Shown piece after piece: positions 58,964 to 64,000 of a DNA stretch of 64,000 bases. The stretch spans positions 107-64,106 of the forward strand of contig JANOXS010000081.1 of the NCBI GenBank assembly GCA_031418535.1, written 5' to 3'. The notes under the pieces were generated by a model that was given only the letters and a program-made list of their open reading frames with translations, had not been told where the DNA came from and did not search any database. Each line of letters begins with the position of its first letter. Positions within the stretch are counted from its first letter, which is position 1. Source of the DNA: Hyphomicrobiales bacterium. Lineage in GTDB: Bacteria; Pseudomonadota; Alphaproteobacteria; Rhizobiales; Aestuariivirgaceae. Position numbers and translations under genes: made by a program.

Positions 58964-61218
58964 AGCGATTTCACCGCGCGCAAAATTGCTTCAGGTGTGG
59001 CAGGCGTGTCAAGCTTTGGAACTGTGCCGGGCTCCACACTCGCGACGGCATCCATCACGGCGCACCACACGGAAATAGGCAGCATCAAAGGCGGTTCTCC
59101 GACGGCCTTAGACCGATAAATGGTATCGGAAACATTGCCTTTGCTTCTAAACAAAGCGACCCGAAAATCTTCCGGCACATCCGAAGCACAGGGAATTTTA
59201 TAGGTAGAGGGCGCATGGGTCCGCAGTTTGCCGTCGTCACCATAAACCAGTTCTTCAGTGGTCAACCAACCCATGCCTTGCACAAAAGCACCTTCAATTT
59301 GGCCGACGTCAATAATAGGGTTGAGCGAGTGCCCCACATCATGAAGAATATCAACACGCGTCACTTTCATTTCACCCGTCATTGTATCAACCAAAACTTC
59401 AGAACAAGACGCGCCATAAGCAAAGTAAAAAAATGGCATCCCGGAGCCAGAAGCACGGTCCCAATAAATTTCAGGTGTTGCATAGTGGCCTGCACAGGAA
59501 AGCGAAACGCGGCTCTCCTTCGCCAACTTTGAAAGTTCAGAAAACTTTATCACATGGCGGCCCGATTTGATTTTATCACCCGCAAAAGTGATGGTCGATT
59601 TTTTAACTTTCCAAACTTGCGCAATCAATTCTGCCATGCGGTCTTTTATTGCGAGAGCCGCATTTCGTGCAGCCATGCCATTCATGTCGGTGCCAGATGA
59701 TGCTGCCGTTGCTGAGGTGTTCGGCACTTTGCTGGTGTTGGTCGCCGTGATTGCCACACGGTCTAATGCAATGCCAAAAACTTCCGCCACCACTTGTGCA
59801 ATTTTAACATAAAGCCCTTGGCCCATTTCGGTGCCACCATGGTTCAAGTGCACCGAGCCATCAGTATAGACATGAACCAAAGCACCCGCCTGATTGAGGT
59901 GCGTGGCTGTAAATGAAATACCAAACTTTACCGGTGTAAGTGCAATACCCTTTTTAAAAAAACGACTGGATTTATTGTAAGCATCAATCTCTTTGCGGCG
60001 CTTGCGATAGCTTGATGACTTTTCGAGCTGACCAACAATTTCATCAAGAATGTTGTCGCGCAGTTTTTGCCCATAGGGAGTCACATCACGGCGCGGACCA
60101 TAGAAATTCCGTTTGCGCACATCCAGCGCATCTATGCCGGTCTGAATTGCAATAGATTGCATCATCGCTTCCGCAAATACGATGCCCTGCGGTCCGCCAA
60201 ATCCTCGAAATGCAGTGTTTGATACCGTGTCGGTTTTCATGCGCTGGGTCGCAATGTTGAAGGCAGGGTAATAATAAGCATTGTCCGCGTGGAACATGGT
60301 GCGGTCACAAATTGCACCGCTGAGATCGGCAGAGTATCCAAGACGTGCCCTAAAATTCACGTCCACAGCTGTAAGGCGAGCAGTCTTATCAAAGTTAGCT
60401 TCATATGCCACATGAAAGTCGTGGCGCTTGCCTGTCATCATGAAATCATCATCGCGATCTAAACGGCATTTCGCAGGGCGGTTCAATTTGTGAGCGGCCA
60501 GTGCAGCAAGGGCCGCCCATTGTGTTGCTTGGCTTTCCTTGCCACCAAAGCCACCCCCCATGCGCCGACATTCGCAAACGACCATGGCATCAGGCACGGC
60601 CAGCATGGCGGCAATTTTATGCTGAATTTCCTGTGGGTGTTGTGTCGACGAATGCACCAACATACCATTTTTTTCTTGCGGAATTGCAAAAGAAACTTGG
60701 CCTTCCAGATAAAAATGCTCTTGCCCACCGATTGAAAATTCACCAGAAATATTATTGATGGAACCTTTTTTATAAGCGCCTTTTGTAAATGCGTAGGGTG
60801 GCAGTAAATTGGTGTGAGAGTCCTGAACACTTACGACAGGAGTAGATTTCTGAATTTCAATTTTAGCTAAGAGCCGCGCCCGCATCGCCGCTTCGCGCGT
60901 GTCTGCAACCACAGCAAAAATCACTTGCCCATGAAAATGAATTTCCCCTTTCGCAAAAATCGGATCATCACCCATAATTGGGCTGCAGTCATTTGCGCCC
61001 GGAATATCTTCGGCCGTTAAAACCGCAAGAACCCCTTGACTTGCCAGCACCAGTGAAAGGTCGAGCGTCGTTATTCTTCCAACCGCGCCATCCTTGGCAA
61101 AGCCCGGCACCACATGCACAGTTCCATCTGGCTCCAGAATATCATCAATGTAAGTTGCAGTGCCCGCAACATGTAGCTCGGCGCTGTCATGAGCAATTGA
61201 TTTTCCAACTGTTCTCAT
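58960..61218 (-). CDS. xdhB: Xanthine dehydrogenase molybdopterin-binding subunit
   Basis: 752 aa with aldehyde oxidase/xanthine dehydrogenase motifs (...GGGFGGKE..., ...[10 protein letters not shown]...). Confidence 0.95.
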   Translation of the reverse strand: MRTVGKSIAHDSAELHVAGTATYIDDILEPDGTVHVVPGFAKDGAVGRITTLDLSLVLASQGVLAVLTAEDIPGANDCSPIMGDDPIFAKGEIHFHGQVIFAVVADTREAAMRARLLAKIEIQKSTPVVSVQDSHTNLLPPYAFTKGAYKKGSINNISGEFSIGGQEHFYLEGQVSFAIPQEKNGMLVHSSTQHPQEIQHKIAAMLAVPDAMVVCECRRMGGGFGGKESQATQWAALAALAAHKLNRPAKCRLDRDDDFMMTGKRHDFHVAYEANFDKTARLTAVDVNFRARLGYSADLSGAICDRTMFHADNAYYYPAFNIATQRMKTDTVSNTAFRGFGGPQGIVFAEAMMQSIAIQTGIDALDVRKRNFYGPRRDVTPYGQKLRDNILDEIVGQLEKSSSYRKRRKEIDAYNKSSRFFKKGIALTPVKFGISFTATHLNQAGALVHVYTDGSVHLNHGGTEMGQGLYVKIAQVVAEVFGIALDRVAITATNTSKVPNTSATAASSGTDMNGMAARNAALAIKDRMAELIAQVWKVKKSTITFAGDKIKSGRHVIKFSELSKLAKESRVSLSCAGHYATPEIYWDRASGSGMPFFYFAYGASCSEVLVDTMTGEMKVTRVDILHDVGHSLNPIIDVGQIEGAFVQGMGWLTTEELVYGDDGKLRTHAPSTYKIPCASDVPEDFRVALFRSKGNVSDTIYRSKAVGEPPLMLPISVWCAVMDAVASVEPGTVPKLDTPATPEAILRAVKSL

Positions 61219-62594
61219 ATGAGCGCCTTTTGCAGCAACGCATTGGCCACGGTGTTGCGATACTCGGCACTGGCGCGCATGTCGCTCAAAGGCGTGTAGT
61301 CAACAAGCACAATGCTTTCAGCTTCCGCCAATGTTTTGCCGATCAGTGCGGCTTCGGTTTTTAAGGCGCGTTTTGGTGTGGCTGCCATGCCACCATAGGC
61401 GATGCGCGCAGCGGTGATTTTGTCGCCCGCAAGCGTAAATAAAAACGCACCCATAACAGCAGAAATATCATCATCAAAACGCTTGGAAATTTTAGTGCAT
61501 TTGAAAATCTGATTTGGTTTTGGCTTGGGCACATCTATGCGCCACACCAGTTCTCCAGCCACGCGGTCTTGCTTTCCATAAGCAATAAAGAAATCTTCAA
61601 GTTTCATTGAACGAACGGCGTCTCCATGGCGCAAATGTAGAGTGGCACCAAGGGCGATGAGGGCAGGTGGCATATCGCCGATGGGTGAACCATTGGCGAT
61701 GTTGCCACCAATGGTGCCTGAAGCCCGCACCTGCCGCGAACCAAAGCGGCGCAACAGTTCACCAAGGTCAGGATGCAATTTTGTCAGGGTGTCATGCAAA
61801 ACAGCATGAGTGGCGCCTGCACCAACTGAAATATACTCGCTATGATCCTCAATTGTGGAGAAGTCTTTGGCGCGGCCAGTATAGATGATTTGGCGTTGGG
61901 CGCGCATCTGTTTGTTGATCCACAAAGCAACATCAGTTGCCCCAGAAACGATGGTGGCGGTTGGATGTTTTGCACAAAGGGTTGCCAAGTTTTCAGCTGT
62001 GGCCGGAGCTGCGAAAAAGGCAGTGCTATCGCCCACGAACAAATCTTCAGTCGAGATAGCTGAAAGTTGTGCGGCGATTTCGGCACTGTGTTGTGACCAA
62101 TAATCATCAACACTCCCGCAGGCCTTCAATCCAGCCTCAATAATGGGACGATAACCCGTACAACGACACAAGTTTCCGGCAATTTGATTGACCACCGTTG
62201 CCCGGTCTACTTTACGATTCTCATGTGCCAGCGAAAATAGCGACATCACAAACCCCGGTGTGCAAAATCCACATTGCGATCCATGCGTGTCCACCATAGC
62301 CTGTTGCATGGCATGTAATTTTCCGTCCCGCGCCAAATCATCAACCGTGATCAACTCTTTGCCGTGGATTTGGCCCAGTAACAAAATGCACGCGTTTACA
62401 GCTTGATAGCGCACCCGGCCTTCATGCAGATCGCCCAACACGACCGTGCAGGCTCCGCAGTCGCCTTCATTGCAGCCTTCTTTGGTGCCTTTGGATTTTT
62501 CAGTCAGGCGCAGATAGCCGAGCAACATTTGGTCGGGTTCGAATTTTTCAAGTCGAACAATTTTGCCACGCCTCAGAAAGCTTAAGCTCTGCAT
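61215..62594 (-). CDS. xdhA: Xanthine dehydrogenase small subunit ([2Fe-2S] + FAD)
   Basis: [11 protein letters not shown] and CGFCTPG clusters plus an FAD-binding domain. Confidence 0.95.
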   Translation of the reverse strand: MQSLSFLRRGKIVRLEKFEPDQMLLGYLRLTEKSKGTKEGCNEGDCGACTVVLGDLHEGRVRYQAVNACILLLGQIHGKELITVDDLARDGKLHAMQQAMVDTHGSQCGFCTPGFVMSLFSLAHENRKVDRATVVNQIAGNLCRCTGYRPIIEAGLKACGSVDDYWSQHSAEIAAQLSAISTEDLFVGDSTAFFAAPATAENLATLCAKHPTATIVSGATDVALWINKQMRAQRQIIYTGRAKDFSTIEDHSEYISVGAGATHAVLHDTLTKLHPDLGELLRRFGSRQVRASGTIGGNIANGSPIGDMPPALIALGATLHLRHGDAVRSMKLEDFFIAYGKQDRVAGELVWRIDVPKPKPNQIFKCTKISKRFDDDISAVMGAFLFTLAGDKITAARIAYGGMAATPKRALKTEAALIGKTLAEAESIVLVDYTPLSDMRASAEYRNTVANALLQKALI

Positions 62595-62932
62595 CAGCTG
62601 CCTCGATAGGTTGAATACCCAAATGGCGACAGCAACAATGGCACATGAAAATGTTGAGACCCATCGGCGATACCAAAATGAATAGGAATGATATCAAGAA
62701 AAAGCGGTTCAGATAAGTTCATGCCTTGGCCTCGCAGATAATCACCAGCATAGAAACGCAGTTCATATCTTCCAGAACCAAAAGCGGCACCTTCCAGCAA
62801 TGGTGCGTCAGCGCGGCCATCGGAATTGGTGGTTACTGTCTTTAGTAATTGACCCTGCCAGACTTCAATTTTTAAGCCGGCCGCAGGCTTGCCCAAAGCC
62901 GTGTCTAAAACATGTGTCGTAAGCTTGCCCAT
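62594..62932 (-). CDS. uraH: 5-hydroxyisourate hydrolase (transthyretin-like)
   Basis: [19 protein letters not shown]... and a C-terminal ...YSTYRGS signature. ATG 62932 is preferred. The stop overlaps the xdhA start by 1 nt. Confidence 0.92.
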   Translation of the reverse strand: MGKLTTHVLDTALGKPAAGLKIEVWQGQLLKTVTTNSDGRADAPLLEGAAFGSGRYELRFYAGDYLRGQGMNLSEPLFLDIIPIHFGIADGSQHFHVPLLLSPFGYSTYRGS

Positions 62933-62954
62933 GTGACCCTCATTCAAACGAAGG

Positions 62955-63566
62955 TTAGGAAAGCCCGCCCGCTTTGACAATATAATTCTGAACAGCTTCT
63001 AAGCCTTTTAGTCGCAGTAAATCGGTGAAAATGAAGGGCCGTTCGCCGCGTGCAATTTTTGTGTCACTTTCCATCACAGCAAGATCTGCCATCACATAGG
63101 GAGCAAGGTCGGTTTTGTTGATGATCAATAAATCCGATCGTGTGATAGCCGGACCTCCTTTGCGCGGAATTTTCTCGCCTTGGCAGACAGAAATTACATA
63201 AATTGAGAGATCAGCAAGATCTGGCGAAAAAGTGGCCGCCAAATTATCGCCGCCAGACTCGATGAATATGATGTCCAGATCGGGATGACGTTTATTCATT
63301 TCAGCAATCGCCGCCAAATTGATCGACGCATCTTCTCTGATGGCCGTGTGCGGGCAGCCGCCAGTTTCCACCCCCATGATGCGGTCTTCGGGCAACGCCT
63401 GAAGACGATTTAAGATCAGTGCATCTTCCTTGGTGTAAATATCATTGGTGATAACGGCAACCGAGTATTGCCCGCTCATGGCTTTACATAACTTTTCAGT
63501 AAGTGTGGTTTTGCCAGACCCAACCGGGCCACCAATGCCAACACGAAGCGGTCCATTTAAGCTCAT
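62955..63566 (-). CDS. ureG: Urease accessory GTPase UreG
   Basis: [12 protein letters not shown]-loop and ...ESGGDNL... Confidence 0.96.
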   Translation of the reverse strand: MSLNGPLRVGIGGPVGSGKTTLTEKLCKAMSGQYSVAVITNDIYTKEDALILNRLQALPEDRIMGVETGGCPHTAIREDASINLAAIAEMNKRHPDLDIIFIESGGDNLAATFSPDLADLSIYVISVCQGEKIPRKGGPAITRSDLLIINKTDLAPYVMADLAVMESDTKIARGERPFIFTDLLRLKGLEAVQNYIVKAGGLS

Positions 63567-64000
63567 GTGCGGAAAACTCTTGAATGCTGGGTTTCATGCT
63601 TCATAGAAGCTACATCAGAGAGCAGCGTAATCGAGCCTAAATCTTCCATCGATGCACTTGCAGCACGCTGTGCCATTGTTGAAATAAATGGCATCAAATT
63701 TCGCATGATTTCAAGCCCAGCCGTTTGCCCAAGCGGCACCAGCCTCACTGCTACAGAAATAAGGGCGTTGGAAAACCCTTGCATAAAAGCAAGCAAGGCA
63801 TGTGTGGGGTCTATATCCATAATCTTGCAAGCACGGGCTGCGGCAGCGGGATAAGAAATTTCGCTGGCAATGTTATCACGTTGTAAAAAGACTGAAGCAG
63901 CAATTTCAAACGCTGCACCCAATTGCGTCGTTTCCAAATAGCGCTCTTTCGATGGGCACATGGCCAGCGCCAGTTCATTTACATCTTGTTCAAAGCTCAA
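63563..64000 (-). CDS. ureF: Urease accessory protein UreF (C-terminal part; gene continues past the right edge)
   Basis: UreF-like sequence directly upstream of ureG with a 4-nt overlap. Confidence 0.85.
   Translation of the reverse strand: MSFEQDVNELALAMCPSKERYLETTQLGAAFEIAASVFLQRDNIASEISYPAAAARACKIMDIDPTHALLAFMQGFSNALISVAVRLVPLGQTAGLEIMRNLMPFISTMAQRAASASMEDLGSITLLSDVASMKHETQHSRVFRT

Noticed and set aside
58933-59532. 199-aa plus-strand ORF
   Set aside because: It is entirely antisense to xdhB, a shadow ORF of the kind common in coding regions.

Overview
Gene-dense chromosomal window with about 75 protein genes on both strands. It looks alphaproteobacterial. The synteny supports this: hslVU divergent from hisBHAFE-coaA, fabA-fabB-fabI, cycM-kdsB-pheA, a PuuD-type membrane urate hydroxylase, and a tandem glycine riboswitch before gcvT. 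I cannot assign a species. Content is mostly core or catabolic metabolism: ispH/rnhA, epmA/efp, a Zur-box-controlled znuA-DUF1007-NicO operon, yejABEF, mscL, a non-Pyl MttB-family methyltransferase, a glpK cluster with a two-component flavoprotein, ornithine decarboxylase, a YnjBCD-type ABC transporter plus a CDP-alcohol phosphatidyltransferase, fabABI, hslVU, a his operon, glcDEF, a partial inositol cluster, a full guanine-to-allantoin purine cluster (guaD, uraD, puuD, xdhCBA, uraH) and ureGF. I found no rRNA, tRNA, CRISPR array, integrase, transposase, prophage or recognisable defence island, so I cannot honestly point to one new multi-gene system. The most unusual signals are smaller. (1) A 105-bp nested palindromic repeat sits in frame inside the fused ABC permease. 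(2) A DUF559 endonuclease-like gene is bracketed by about 47-bp direct repeats carrying CCTCCCCC/GGGGGAGG hairpins. (3) An orphan intergenic unit looks like a sigma-54-type promoter, a CCUCCC-loop hairpin and an intrinsic terminator, which makes it a candidate sRNA. (4) Several tightly coupled modules of unknown function are present: znuA-DUF1007-NicO, YnjBCD-YnjF-like, DUF1326-DUF2182 and mttB-yaiI-marC. All homology calls come from reading the translated ORFs from memory of the protein families. No database search was run.
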